Source: Candidatus Binatia bacterium (GTDB lineage Bacteria; Desulfobacterota; Binatia; DP-6). Taken from it: a DNA stretch of 64,000 nt. A program made the translations under genes and the position numbers. Below, in pieces: positions 46,426 to 56,559 of this stretch. The notes under the pieces were generated by a model. That model did not search any database and was not told the origin of the DNA. It saw only the letters and a program-made list of their open reading frames with translations. Every line of letters starts with the position of its first letter. Position 1 is the stretch's first letter. The stretch is taken from positions 228,136-292,135 of the forward strand of contig JAXLXP010000005.1 of assembly GCA_046327955.1 (NCBI GenBank), given 5' to 3'.

Positions 46426-46881
46426 TCAGCGCCGGACGGTGAGGACGAAGATCACGACCAGGCCCGCGAGCATCAGGGCGATGAAGAACCCCGAGAACGT
46501 CCGGAAGCCGGAGACGTTCGAGTTCACCGTCTGGACGTCCTCACGGAGGCTGTCGATCTGTTGCTTGAGGGTCGAGTCTTCGACGTAGAGACCCTTCACC
46601 TCCTCGCGGAGCGCCTTCACTTCCTGCTCGACGCCGGCCGTGTCGTCCTTGCGCTCGGCGAGCCGCTCGGTGATCGCGTCGACGCGATCGCTGATCCCCT
46701 GCACCTGCTCGCCGAGGGTGCGCTGCGCCTCGGCCATCTGCCGCAGGAGCGCCGAGTCGTAGCCCTGGACGGCGGCCGTCGGGGCGGGGCGCGGGGCGCC
46801 GCCGACGGGCGTCGCCGCGACGAGGAGCGCGAGGTGGAGCGTGGCGGCCGCAGCCCGGAGCGTCATGAATCGCGAGTTCAT
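46426..46881 (-). CDS. Secreted coiled-coil protein with C-terminal transmembrane anchor
   Basis: Signal peptide. Heptad-like acidic/basic repeats. C-terminal FFIALMLAGLVVIFVLTVRR. Confidence 0.45.
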   Translation of the reverse strand: MNSRFMTLRAAAATLHLALLVAATPVGGAPRPAPTAAVQGYDSALLRQMAEAQRTLGEQVQGISDRVDAITERLAERKDDTAGVEQEVKALREEVKGLYVEDSTLKQQIDSLREDVQTVNSNVSGFRTFSGFFIALMLAGLVVIFVLTVRR

Positions 46882-46901
46882 AGATGGGGGCCCGGGGTCG
46901 G

Positions 46902-48206
46902 TCAAGGGTACATCCGCTCCAGCATGCGGGGGAACGGGATGGTCTCGCGGACGTGGTGGAGACCGCAGAGCCAGGTGACGCAGCGCTCGATTCCCATCCC
47001 GAAGCCTGCGTGCGGCACGGAGCCGTAGCGGCGCAGGTCGAGGTACCAGGAGAAGGCGTCGGGCGGGAGCTGGTGCTCGGCGATCCGGCGCTCGAGCGCG
47101 GCGAGGTCGTCCTCGCGCTGGCCGCCGCCGATGATCTCGCCGTAGCCCTCGGGCGCGAGCACGTCGACGCAGAGCGCGAGGCGCGCGTCGGCCGGGTCGG
47201 CCTTCATGTAGAAGGCCTTGCTCGCCAGCGGGTAACGGTGGACCAGCACGGGGCGGTCGAACTGGCTCGACAGCGTGGTTTCCTCGTCGCCGCCGAGGTC
47301 GTCCCCCCACGCGATCGCGACGCCCTTGGCGCGCAGCAGGTCGATGGCCTCGGTGTAGGTGATGCGTGGGAAGGGCTTCTGGATGCGGTCGAGCGCGGCG
47401 AGGTCGCGACCGAGGACCGCGAGCTCTGCCGCGCGCCGCTCGCGCACGCGACGGGCGACGTGCACGAGGAAGTCCTCGGCCAGGTCCATGTCCTCGGCGA
47501 GCCCCGCGAACGCCATCTCGGGCTCGACCATCCAGAACTCGGTGAGGTGGCGGCGCGTCTTCGATTTCTCGGCGCGGAACGTCGGACCGAAGCAGTAGAC
47601 CTTCCCGAGTGCGAGCGCGCCCGCTTCGCCGTAGAGCTGGCCGCTCTGGGTCAGGAACGCCGGCTCGCCGAAGTAGTCGACCGGAAAGAGCGTGGTCGTA
47701 CCCTCGCACGCGGCCGGGGTGAGGATCGGCCCGTCGAAGCAGACGAAGCCGTGCTCGTCGAGGTACTCACGGCAGGCGCGGATGACCTCCGCGCGCACGC
47801 GTAGGATCGCGTGCTGGCGCGACGAGCGGATCCACAGGTGGCGGTGCTCGAGGAGGAACGCGACGCCGTGCTCCTTGTTCGTGATCGGGTACTCGGCGCT
47901 CTCGGCGACCACGCGCAGGTCGGTGAGCCCCAGCTCGAAGCCGATCGGCGCGCGTGCGTCGGCGCGGACCACGCCGGTGACCTCCAGCGACGACTCCTGC
48001 GGCAGGTGATCGGCGCGTGCGAAGACCTCGGCCGGCACCTCGGCCTTCGCCATCACGCACTGGATGGTGCCGGTCCCGTCGCGGACCTGGAGGAAGTGGA
48101 GCTTGCCGCTCGAGCGCCGGTTCGCCAGCCATCCCCGCAGCGTGACCGCCTGACCCGCGAAGGCCCCGATCCCCTCCACCGTCGCCACCGCCATCGCCGC
48201 TGGCAT
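46902..48206 (-). CDS. asnS: Asparagine--tRNA ligase
   Basis: Class-II aaRS motif 2 [24 protein letters not shown] (Asn-specific FRAE). Motif 3 [11 protein letters not shown]-terminal OB anticodon-binding domain. Confidence 0.85.
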   Translation of the reverse strand: MPAAMAVATVEGIGAFAGQAVTLRGWLANRRSSGKLHFLQVRDGTGTIQCVMAKAEVPAEVFARADHLPQESSLEVTGVVRADARAPIGFELGLTDLRVVAESAEYPITNKEHGVAFLLEHRHLWIRSSRQHAILRVRAEVIRACREYLDEHGFVCFDGPILTPAACEGTTTLFPVDYFGEPAFLTQSGQLYGEAGALALGKVYCFGPTFRAEKSKTRRHLTEFWMVEPEMAFAGLAEDMDLAEDFLVHVARRVRERRAAELAVLGRDLAALDRIQKPFPRITYTEAIDLLRAKGVAIAWGDDLGGDEETTLSSQFDRPVLVHRYPLASKAFYMKADPADARLALCVDVLAPEGYGEIIGGGQREDDLAALERRIAEHQLPPDAFSWYLDLRRYGSVPHAGFGMGIERCVTWLCGLHHVRETIPFPRMLERMYP

Positions 48207-48253
48207 AGCAGACGGCGGGCGCCGCTGATAGATTCCGGGCGAGGAGGCCGTCG

Positions 48254-49393
48254 ATGCTGGGTTTTCGCCTGACCGAGGAGCAGGAGGCGTTTCGCGACGC
48301 GGTGCGGAGCTTCGCCGAGAAGTCGCTCGCGCCGCGGGTCGAACAGCTGGAAGCCGAGGAGAAGTTCCCGCTCGACCTGTTCCGCGAGCTCGGCCGGCTC
48401 GGCTACCTCGGCGTCGGCTACCCCGAGGAGTACGGCGGCAGCGGCGGCGACATGGTGATGCGCTGCCTGCTCATCGAGGAGATCGGGCGCGTGAACGCCG
48501 GATTCGCGGCCGCGCTGCTGGCGCACGTGGGGCTCGGTACCATCCCGATCCTCAAGTTCGGCACCGAGGCGCAGAAGAAGGGCTATCTCGTGCCGGCGCT
48601 GCGCGGCGAGAAGCTCGGCAGCCTCGGGCTCTCCGAGCCCGACGCGGGATCGGACGCGGCGTCGATCCGCACCACCGCGGTCCGCGAGGGCGACCACTAC
48701 GTGATCAACGGCTCGAAGATGTTCATCACCAACGGAAACATCGCCGACTACTGTATGGTGGCCGCCTACACCGACCGGTCGCGCCGCGGCGCCGGCATCA
48801 GCATGTTCATCGTCGACACGGCGACGCCGGGCTTCCACGTGTCGCGCAAGCTGAAGAAGCTCGGGCACCACACCTCGGAGACCGCGGCGCTCGCGTTCGA
48901 GGACATGAAGGTGCCGGCGCACGCGCTGCTCGGCGGCGTCGAGGGCGGCTTCAAGCAGGTGACCGGCACGCTCGAAGGCGGTCGCATCACGCACGCGGCG
49001 CGGTCGATCGGCATCGGCCAGGCGGCGTTCGACACCGCGCTGCAGTACGCGCGGGAGCGCGAGCAGTTCGGGCAGAAGATCGCCAAGTTCCAGGCGATCA
49101 AGTTCAAGCTCGCGCGCATGGCGATGGAGGTCGAGACGGCGCGCACGATGATGTGGCGCGCCGCGTGGCTCTTCGATCAGGGGGCCTGTATGCGCGAGGC
49201 GGCGATGGCGAAGCTCTACGCGTCGGAGATGGCCCAGCGGGTGACCTGGGAGGCGATCCAGATCCTCGGGGGCTATGGCTACATCACCGAGTTCCCGGTC
49301 GAGCGCTTCTGGCGCGACGCCCGCCTCATGACCATCACCGAGGGCACGAGCGAGATCCAGCTCACGATCATCGCGCGGGAGCTCGGCCTGTGA
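48254..49393 (+). CDS. Acyl-CoA dehydrogenase (short/branched-chain type)
   Basis: Canonical ACAD motifs ([58 protein letters not shown]). Confidence 0.9.
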   Translation: MLGFRLTEEQEAFRDAVRSFAEKSLAPRVEQLEAEEKFPLDLFRELGRLGYLGVGYPEEYGGSGGDMVMRCLLIEEIGRVNAGFAAALLAHVGLGTIPILKFGTEAQKKGYLVPALRGEKLGSLGLSEPDAGSDAASIRTTAVREGDHYVINGSKMFITNGNIADYCMVAAYTDRSRRGAGISMFIVDTATPGFHVSRKLKKLGHHTSETAALAFEDMKVPAHALLGGVEGGFKQVTGTLEGGRITHAARSIGIGQAAFDTALQYAREREQFGQKIAKFQAIKFKLARMAMEVETARTMMWRAAWLFDQGACMREAAMAKLYASEMAQRVTWEAIQILGGYGYITEFPVERFWRDARLMTITEGTSEIQLTIIARELGL

Positions 49394-49491
49394 GCGTTCG
49401 CGCGGCCCAGACTGCCCGCCCCGCGGCGGCGGGCGACCGGGCTCGGCGTGGGGGTGGCCGCTGGCGGTGGGGCGGGCTATACTCACGAGCC

Positions 49492-49863
49492 ATGCGGCGG
49501 CACGCGGGGATGGCGGCCTTGGCGGGAGTGGGGTTGGCGACGCTGTTCGTTCTCGGCGCATGCGGCGCGCTCGAGCGCGCCGCCCACGAGGACGACCGGG
49601 CCTTCGGTGCCCAGCACCTGGGTGACCCGTACGGCGAGCACGCGCTGGCCGACGTGCTGAGCCCCGAGCAACGGGAGGCGGCCGATCGGGTCGGGATCAG
49701 GGTCGGGGAGCCGGAGCTCGGCTCCGACGGCGAGGTCGACGGGCGTTCGGGCAACCTGGAGGGCGAGGAGTCGACCTCCGACACCGCCGGCCGCGTGGGG
49801 GTCACCGCGCTCAGCGTCGGGATGACGCTCGGGATGCTGGTGGCGCCGTTCTTCCTCTACTAG
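49492..49863 (+). CDS. Hypothetical lipoprotein/membrane protein
   Basis: Lipobox-like LATLFVLGAC. C-terminal hydrophobic segment. Weak. Confidence 0.35.
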   Translation: MRRHAGMAALAGVGLATLFVLGACGALERAAHEDDRAFGAQHLGDPYGEHALADVLSPEQREAADRVGIRVGEPELGSDGEVDGRSGNLEGEESTSDTAGRVGVTALSVGMTLGMLVAPFFLY

Positions 49864-49874
49864 GGAGCCACGCG

Positions 49875-50129
49875 GTGCGCATCCTGCGCGCGGTTGCCGC
49901 GGCGCTCGCGGCCGGCGGTCTGCTCTGGCTGATGCTCGACTCGCGGCTCGTCTCGCCCGAGCCGCCGCCGCCGGGGCTGTCGGCGGCGTTGGGCGCGCTG
50001 GGAGGGCTCTTCGGCCTCGGCGCCGTCGTCATGCAGCTCGGCGGACGGCCCGAACGTGCCCCGCTGCTCGCCGGCCTGGCCGCTGGGGTCGGCGGCTACG
50101 CGATCCTACGCTTGGTCGCGCTTCCGTAG
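49875..50129 (+). CDS. Small hydrophobic membrane protein (hypothetical)
   Basis: GTG start 12 nt after the previous gene. Two predicted transmembrane helices. Weak. Confidence 0.3.
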   Translation: MRILRAVAAALAAGGLLWLMLDSRLVSPEPPPPGLSAALGALGGLFGLGAVVMQLGGRPERAPLLAGLAAGVGGYAILRLVALP

Positions 50130-50163
50130 CCTGGCCACGCGCGCTTCTCCCCGCGTGGCCGGG

Positions 50164-51648
50164 CTACGGCCTGGCGTGCCCGCCCGGGGACGCGCCGCCC
50201 AGGGCCAGCTCGCGGGCGAGCGCCTGCGCCAAGTGGCTTCGGTGGCGGCCGTAGCCGAAGTAGATCGCGAGGCCGATCGCGAGCCAGACGACGAGCCGCA
50301 CCCAGTTCTCGAACGGCAGCGCGCACATCATCCCGAGGTTCGCCACGATGCCCAGGACCGGGAGGAGCGGCACGAGCGGCGTGCGGAAGGGGCGCGGCAG
50401 GTCGGGATTCGTGCGCCGCATGACGATCACGGCGGCGCACACGATGACGAACGCCATCAGCGTGCCGATGTTCACGAGCTCGGCGAGGATGTCGAGCGGG
50501 ACCAGCGCGGCGATCACCGCGACCAGCACCCCGGTGAGGATCGTCGCCTTGTGCGGCGTCCGGAAGCGCGGGTGGACGTCGCCGAAGAACTTGCTCGGAA
50601 TGAGGCCGTCGCGCGCCATCGCGAGGAGGACGCGGGCCTGGCTGAGCAGCAAAACGAGCAGGACGCTGGTGATGCCCGCCACCGCGGCCACCGAGATGAT
50701 GAACGTCGCGACCGGAAGCCCGCGCACGGCAAACGCGTTCGCGACCGGCGCGTGGATGTCGATCTGGTGGTACGGGACCATCCCCGTGAGCACCGCCGCG
50801 ACCAGGATGTAGAGTACCGTGCACAGCGCGAGCGAGATGATGATTCCGATCGGCACGTCGCGCTGCGGGTTGCACGCCTCCTCCGCGTGCGTCGAGACCG
50901 AGTCGAAGCCGATGTAGGCGAAGAAGACGTACGCTGCGCCCTTGAAGACCCCGGCCCACCCGTAGGGGAGGAACGGATGCCAGTTCTCGGTCTTCACGTA
51001 GCCGGCCCCGACGACGATCACGAACAGCACGATCGCGACCTTGAGGATCACCATGGCGGCGTTGAAGCGGGCGCTCTCGCGGATCCCCACGACCAGGATC
51101 ACGGTGATGAACAGCACGACGAGGGCCGCCGGGAGGTTGCAGACGGCACCGGTGACGAACCAGGTGTGTGTGTCGGGATGGAACCCGATCGGGTTGTTGG
51201 TCCAGGCCTCCGGGAGGGTGATGTCGAACGTCTTGAGGAGCGCGAGGAAGTAGTGCGACCAGCCGTGCGCCACCGTGCTCGACGCGACGCCGTACTCGAG
51301 GATGAGGTCCCAGCCGATGATCCAGGCGAACAGCTCGCCGAGCGTGGCGTAGGCGTACGCGTAGGCGCTGCCGGCGACCGGGACCATCGCCGCGAACTCG
51401 GCGTAGCAGAGCGCGGCGAGCGCGCAGCCGGTGCCCGCCACCACGAACGAGAGCATCAGGGCCGGTCCGGCCTTCTCGTTCGCGGCGAGGCCGGTGAGCA
51501 CGAAGATGCCCGCGCCGATGATGGCGCCGACGCCGAGCGCCGTCAGGCTCACCGGCCCGAGCACGCGCCGCAGCCGATGCTCACCGGCCAGCTCGGCCAG
51601 CAGCAGGTCGACCGATTTCACCGCGAACAGCTGCTTCCAAAGCGTCAT
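50164..51648 (-). CDS. APC-family amino-acid permease
   Basis: Twelve-transmembrane-segment amino-acid transporter signature (GAGIFVLTG..., FAYIGFD). Confidence 0.9.
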   Translation of the reverse strand: MTLWKQLFAVKSVDLLLAELAGEHRLRRVLGPVSLTALGVGAIIGAGIFVLTGLAANEKAGPALMLSFVVAGTGCALAALCYAEFAAMVPVAGSAYAYAYATLGELFAWIIGWDLILEYGVASSTVAHGWSHYFLALLKTFDITLPEAWTNNPIGFHPDTHTWFVTGAVCNLPAALVVLFITVILVVGIRESARFNAAMVILKVAIVLFVIVVGAGYVKTENWHPFLPYGWAGVFKGAAYVFFAYIGFDSVSTHAEEACNPQRDVPIGIIISLALCTVLYILVAAVLTGMVPYHQIDIHAPVANAFAVRGLPVATFIISVAAVAGITSVLLVLLLSQARVLLAMARDGLIPSKFFGDVHPRFRTPHKATILTGVLVAVIAALVPLDILAELVNIGTLMAFVIVCAAVIVMRRTNPDLPRPFRTPLVPLLPVLGIVANLGMMCALPFENWVRLVVWLAIGLAIYFGYGRHRSHLAQALARELALGGASPGGHARP

Positions 51649-51739
51649 CCCCGCACCTCCATGCGCCAGGCGCCCCAGGGCCCGCGCTAACAGCTTTCTC
51701 CCCGGCCGGCAAAACGCCCGGTGCGGGCCGGTCGAACGC

Positions 51740-52600
51740 TCAGCGCCGGATTGCCGCCGCGACCCGTCGCGCGTAGCATTCCTGGAGCCGGCGTGTCACC
51801 GCTCCGGGCGCTCCCGTGCCGATGGCGCGGCCGTCGAGGCGGACGATCGGCATCACCTCGATCGACGAGCCGGTGACGAACACCTCGTGCGCGCGGCGTA
51901 GCCGTCGCACCGTGAGGCGCTCCTCGCGCACCCGCAGCCCCGCGCGGCGCGCAAGCGTCAGCACGAGGTCGCGCGTCACCCCGGGCAGGATGCCCGCGGC
52001 GAGCGGCGGCGTAACGACCGTCTCGCGCTCGACGACGAAGAGGTTCGACGTCGTGCCCTCGGTGACCTCGCCGCGCTCGGTGACGTAGAGCCCCTCGGCC
52101 GCGCGGCGGCGCGCGACGAGCAGGCGACCCAGCACCGCGCTCGGATGGCCGACGAACTTCCGGTTGCCCCAGAGGCCGTCCGCGTCGCGCGGGAAGGGCA
52201 GGAGGACGGCCCTGATGCCGCGAGCCTGGCGGACGCCGAGGTCGGACGGAAGTGCCCGGACCGTGAGCAGCAGGGTCGCCGGCGCATCGCCGTGGGGTGC
52301 CAGATCGAGCCCGCGCGCACCGCGCGTGATGGTGAGCCGTGCGGCGGCGTCGGGCAGGCGGTTGCGGCGGACGAGCGTGCGCGTGCGTTCCTCCCAGTCA
52401 CGGGCCGGTCCGGGAGCGGGCAGTGCCATGAGGCGCGCGACCTCGGCCAGGCGGCGCAGGTGCGCGGGCACGGCGAAGGGCTCGCCGCCGTACGTGCGCC
52501 ACGTGTCGTACACGCCGTCGCCGTGCAGCAGGCCACGGTCGAGCACCGAGACGCGAGCCCGCTCGCCGGGCACGACCCGACCGTTCAGCCAGACGAGCAC
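51740..52600 (-). CDS. pabC: Aminodeoxychorismate lyase / class-IV aminotransferase
   Basis: Fold-type IV PLP enzyme (GLLHGDGVYDT, EGTTSNLFVV, GILPGVTR). The GTG start overlaps the pabB 3' end. Confidence 0.7.
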   Translation of the reverse strand: MLVWLNGRVVPGERARVSVLDRGLLHGDGVYDTWRTYGGEPFAVPAHLRRLAEVARLMALPAPGPARDWEERTRTLVRRNRLPDAAARLTITRGARGLDLAPHGDAPATLLLTVRALPSDLGVRQARGIRAVLLPFPRDADGLWGNRKFVGHPSAVLGRLLVARRRAAEGLYVTERGEVTEGTTSNLFVVERETVVTPPLAAGILPGVTRDLVLTLARRAGLRVREERLTVRRLRRAHEVFVTGSSIEVMPIVRLDGRAIGTGAPGAVTRRLQECYARRVAAAIRR

Positions 52601-53919
52601 TGGCCCCCGGTGCGGAGGTCGCCGCCGAGCGCGAGGCGCAGCGCGGCGGTCTTGAGCCAGGCCTCGGCGAGCTCGCGCTCGGCGTCCGAGTCGACCACGA
52701 TGCCGCCGCCCGCGTGCCACCAGACGACGCCATCGCGCACGATCGCGGTGCGGATCGGGAGCCCGAGCTCGAGGTCGCCGCGCGGGTCGATCAGGCCGAG
52801 CGCGCCGGTGTAGAAGCTCCGTGGCCACGGCTCGAGCTCGGCGATGACCTCCATGGCGCGTCGCTTGGGAGCGCCGGTGATCGAGCCGCCGGGAAACGTC
52901 GCGGCCAGCAGCTCGGCGAGCCCGACGTCGTCGCGCAGGCGCCCGGTCACGGTCGAGACGAGGTGGTGCACGGTCGGGTGCGTCTCGACGCGCGCGAAGC
53001 CCTCGACCGCGACCGACCCGAAGGCGCACACGCGCCCCAGGTCGTTGCGCTCGAGGTCGACGATCATCACGTGCTCCGCCCGCTCCTTGGGATCGCGCGC
53101 GAGCTCGGCGGCGAGCGCGACGTCGCGTGCCGGATCGGCGCCGCGCGGGCGGGTGCCCTTGATCGGCCGGGTCTCGATGCGGGCGCCGCGGCGACGGAGC
53201 AGGAGCTCGGGCGAGTTGGCGACGATCTGGCGGTCACCGAGATCGAGGTACGCGCCGTACGGCGCCGGGTGCTCGGTCGCGAGCCGCTGGTAAAGCACCC
53301 ACGCCGGCGCGGCCAGCGGCGTCGCGAACGGCTGCGTCAGGTTCACCTGGTAGACGTCGCCCGCGCGCAGGTACTCGTGGATGCGGGCCACCGCGGCGAG
53401 ATAGTCGGCGCGAAGGCGGCGCGCGGCGAGTGGGGCGTGCGCGAGCGGGCCGGTCGGTGGGACGGTCGCGGGTGCGGCGAGCCGCTCGAGCCACGCCGCG
53501 CACAGGGCGGCGTGCTCGCTCGCGAGGAGATGGTACTGCCCGCGGGCGACGTCGAGCACGACGAGCGGGTCGTAGCGCCGCAGCACGGCGAGGGGCTCGG
53601 CGGACGCGCGCGGCGCCGGGAGCCGCGCTCCCACGGTCGCGTGCCCCAGCTCGTAGGCGAGCGCGGCGATCACGCCGCCACCGAGCGGGAACGGCACGTC
53701 GGGAGGCGACGGCGGTGTCGCGGCGACGAACGCCGCGACCGCGGCGAGCGGGTCCGCCGTGCTCGCGGCGATGCGGAGCTCGGCGACCGGCCGGCAGCCG
53801 AGCAGCACGGCCGGCCGTTCGGGGTCGGGGACCTCGAGCAGGACCGCGTCGGGTTCGCCCGCAAGCCGCGCGAGCACCTCGAGAGGCGGCTGGCGGAGGG
53901 CGAGAGGCACGAGCGCCAT
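52585..53919 (-). CDS. pabB: Aminodeoxychorismate/anthranilate synthase component I family
   Basis: Chorismate-binding domain (SPELLLRR, IKGTRPRG, MIVDLERNDL, FPGGSITGAPKRRAME). Confidence 0.85.
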   Translation of the reverse strand: MALVPLALRQPPLEVLARLAGEPDAVLLEVPDPERPAVLLGCRPVAELRIAASTADPLAAVAAFVAATPPSPPDVPFPLGGGVIAALAYELGHATVGARLPAPRASAEPLAVLRRYDPLVVLDVARGQYHLLASEHAALCAAWLERLAAPATVPPTGPLAHAPLAARRLRADYLAAVARIHEYLRAGDVYQVNLTQPFATPLAAPAWVLYQRLATEHPAPYGAYLDLGDRQIVANSPELLLRRRGARIETRPIKGTRPRGADPARDVALAAELARDPKERAEHVMIVDLERNDLGRVCAFGSVAVEGFARVETHPTVHHLVSTVTGRLRDDVGLAELLAATFPGGSITGAPKRRAMEVIAELEPWPRSFYTGALGLIDPRGDLELGLPIRTAIVRDGVVWWHAGGGIVVDSDAERELAEAWLKTAALRLALGGDLRTGGQCSSG

Positions 53920-53983
53920 CGGCGCGCGAGCCTAGGAAGCGGTCCGGGCCGCGTCAAGCGCGCGGCCCGGACCGGAGACCGTC

Positions 53984-55510
53984 TCAGTACCGGTACGCCA
54001 GCTCGACGTAGCCGTAGTTGCCCTGGTTGCCGCTGAACGTCTTCTTGACCACGCCCTCACCGAAGGCGTGACCGTAGTACGCATACGCGCTCACCTGCTT
54101 GAAGATCTGCAGGGTCGCGCCCAGATCCACGAGGTGCGCGAGCTCGTGGTGGCTGTTGGCCGGGATGCCGGAGAAGCCGAAGATGTCGTCGTTGCCGGCA
54201 CCGCCGCCCGCGTACCAGAGGTCCTTGTCCGAGTTGAGCCGCAGCCAGTGGTAGTCGAACCGCATCGTCAGGCGCGAGTGCGGCTTGACGATGAGCTGCG
54301 TGAACGTGTCCTGGCTGTTCATCAGGTTGTAGAACGGGAACTGCGCATAGATGCGCGCGGTCGGGATCATCTGGAAGAACGTGTCGTGGTTGTGGTCGGT
54401 CGGGTCGTGGTCGCCGGACGAGTAGTCGTAGCCGGCGCGCAGCCACGGTGACCACGGCTGATCCGGGAACTGATAGCCGGTCTCGACGGCATAGGCCCAT
54501 CCGTGGTGGTTCTGCCGGCCCCAGTTGCCGGTCTGGATCGTGCCCCAGACGAGCCCGTCGACGCGGCCCGGGCCGGCGTTGATGACCGTGATCGCGTGCC
54601 CGCCGAAGGTGTGGATGTTGAGGCTGTCGGTGTCGGCGACCCGATCGGGCAGCGGCCGGTTGTCGACCTTGATCGGCGGCTTGTTCTTGGGATCGGTGTG
54701 ATCGGCGAACCGGCGGTCCTGGTAGTAGAAGTAGAAGGCGCGCACGTCGATCGGGGCCAGCTCCTCGATCTTCTTGAGCGTCCCGGTGATCCCGGCGATG
54801 CCGACGTTGCCCATCTCGCGCGTGCCGCTGGCCTCGAACCCGCCGTGCGTGGGACGGAACGCGATCGTCGTGATGTTGAAGAGCGGCTGGTCGTACACGA
54901 GCCGCAGCCCGTCGAATGCACGCCCGTAGTGCGTGTAGCCGAACGGGCCGATCAGGCGCTCGCCGAGCCGGGCCTTCTTGAGCCACTGGAGTGCGGGGTC
55001 CTGCGGCATGACCTCGAGCGCGTCGCTGTACTCGAAGCGGCCGCCGGTGAGCGCCAGGCCGTCGACCCCGGGCGGGTCGGCCAGCGTGGCGTAGGCCTGT
55101 TTCAGGATGGTCTCACCCTGGCTCGTGTCCTTGTCGAGCCCGTGCGTGTTCGCGTAGTAGAGCGCGCCCGGACCGAGGTTCCCCTGCGGCGGCGCCAGGC
55201 TCGCGTCGTCGGGCAGGCCGGCGAGGCGGACGTCCTGCAGCTCCGAGTAGACCGTCACGTGTGGCCACGTGCTCTTGATCCCGAATCGGAGCTGGTTGGC
55301 GAAGAAGTTGTACCGATTGGCGCCCGGATCCGTGACACCCTGCGGCGGACGGAACCAATCCACGAACTCGCCGCGGATTCGGTCGCTCAACGTGAAGCTG
55401 AAGTGACTGCTGAGCGCTTTGATGCGCTCGGTTGCCGCGTCGTCGGCCCGCGCGGTGCCTCCCAGCGCCAGCACGAGCAAGGCCACCATCCTCCATCGCG
55501 TCGGTCTCAT
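53984..55510 (-). CDS. Outer-membrane beta-barrel protein (alginate-export/OprB-like porin)
   Basis: Signal peptide MRPTRWRMVALLVLALGGTARA. Aromatic-rich alternating strands. C-terminal ...YVELAYRY ending in an aromatic residue. Confidence 0.7.
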   Translation of the reverse strand: MRPTRWRMVALLVLALGGTARADDAATERIKALSSHFSFTLSDRIRGEFVDWFRPPQGVTDPGANRYNFFANQLRFGIKSTWPHVTVYSELQDVRLAGLPDDASLAPPQGNLGPGALYYANTHGLDKDTSQGETILKQAYATLADPPGVDGLALTGGRFEYSDALEVMPQDPALQWLKKARLGERLIGPFGYTHYGRAFDGLRLVYDQPLFNITTIAFRPTHGGFEASGTREMGNVGIAGITGTLKKIEELAPIDVRAFYFYYQDRRFADHTDPKNKPPIKVDNRPLPDRVADTDSLNIHTFGGHAITVINAGPGRVDGLVWGTIQTGNWGRQNHHGWAYAVETGYQFPDQPWSPWLRAGYDYSSGDHDPTDHNHDTFFQMIPTARIYAQFPFYNLMNSQDTFTQLIVKPHSRLTMRFDYHWLRLNSDKDLWYAGGGAGNDDIFGFSGIPANSHHELAHLVDLGATLQIFKQVSAYAYYGHAFGEGVVKKTFSGNQGNYGYVELAYRY

Positions 55511-55803
55511 CCGGTACCCCCCCATACGTCGACCTCGCCAGGTTGCCCCGGCGGCGCGGTACCGCCTGGCACGAGGTATTGAAGTGCGCAAGCCCCCCGC
55601 GTGCTCCATCAGATTGCCCTGCGGCTTCTCGCGGCGGCCGAGGACACGGAGCGTTTGCTGCGATCGCGTCGAGCGCCTCGACGCCGGTCGGGTCAGCGAG
55701 CTGACACCATCGCGGTGGCGGATTTGCTGGGTGGTGCGGGACGCCTCCTCAAGTGTCGGCGCCTTCTGGCCGATACCCCCGTCGTGCTCCACGTGTGCGC
55801 GAC

Positions 55804-56199
55804 ATGGTGACCGGCACCACGGGGACGCGGGCGGGCGAAAGCCTCTACGCGCAGCTTGGCGGCGCGCCGGCGATCGGCGCGGCGGTGGATCAGCTGGTCC
55901 GCCGTGTGCTCGCCGACCGGGAGCTGGTGTCGTTCTTCCTCGGCGTCGACATGGGAATCCAACGCCGCAAGCTGGAGCAGTTCCTCACGACGGCTCTCGG
56001 CGGACCGGCGATCTACCGGGGGCCGTCGATGCGAAAGGCACACGAGAACCTGCGGATCGAGAGTCGCCACTTCGACCTCATGGCGGGCCACCTCAAGGCG
56101 ACCCTCGAGGCGCTGGGCGTCCCGGCCGGGCTGGTGGCGCAGACCATCGCCGCGGTAGCGCCGTTCAAGAACGAGGTCGTGAGCGCGCCGCGCGCGTGA
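55804..56199 (+). CDS. glbN: Truncated haemoglobin (group I, 2/2 Hb)
   Basis: SLYAQLGG...VDQLVRRVLAD..., with the proximal-His region (MRKAHENLRI) typical of trHbN. Confidence 0.8.
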   Translation: MVTGTTGTRAGESLYAQLGGAPAIGAAVDQLVRRVLADRELVSFFLGVDMGIQRRKLEQFLTTALGGPAIYRGPSMRKAHENLRIESRHFDLMAGHLKATLEALGVPAGLVAQTIAAVAPFKNEVVSAPRA

Positions 56200-56227
56200 G
56201 CGTGCCGGAGGACGAGGGAGTCGGTCG

Positions 56228-56539
56228 ATGGCGATCAACGTGAAGACCCAGGTGCAGGCCGGGAAGGGGACCATCGCGCTCGAGGGGCGCTTCGACTTCA
56301 CCGCGCACCGCGAGTTCCGTGCCGGCTACGAGCAGGTGCTGAGCGGGGAAAGCGTCAAGAGCCTGGACATCGACCTGCATCAGGTGTCGCACATGGACAG
56401 CTCGGCGCTCGGGATGCTGCTGCTGGTGCGCGAGCGGACCGACGCGGTGAAGTGCGAGATCGCGCTCATCAACTGCCCGCCCTCCGTCCGCAAGGTGCTC
56501 GAGATCGCGAACTTCCAGAAGCTCTTCCGCATCACCTGA
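56228..56539 (+). CDS. STAS-domain anti-sigma-factor antagonist (SpoIIAA/RsbV-like)
   Basis: 103 aa with a conserved phosphorylatable Ser in HMDSSALGMLLLV. Confidence 0.85.
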   Translation: MAINVKTQVQAGKGTIALEGRFDFTAHREFRAGYEQVLSGESVKSLDIDLHQVSHMDSSALGMLLLVRERTDAVKCEIALINCPPSVRKVLEIANFQKLFRIT

Positions 56540-56559
56540 CGCGGACGCCTGGGGGCCCC

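Noticed and set aside
55566-55583. TGGCACGaggtaTTGAAG, sigma-54-like element 220 nt upstream of glbN
   Set aside because: The -24 box is perfect, but the spacer to the -12 TTG is one nt too long (GG-N11-TG instead of GG-N10-GC). Sigma-54 promoters have essentially invariant spacing, so I kept it only as a weak lead.
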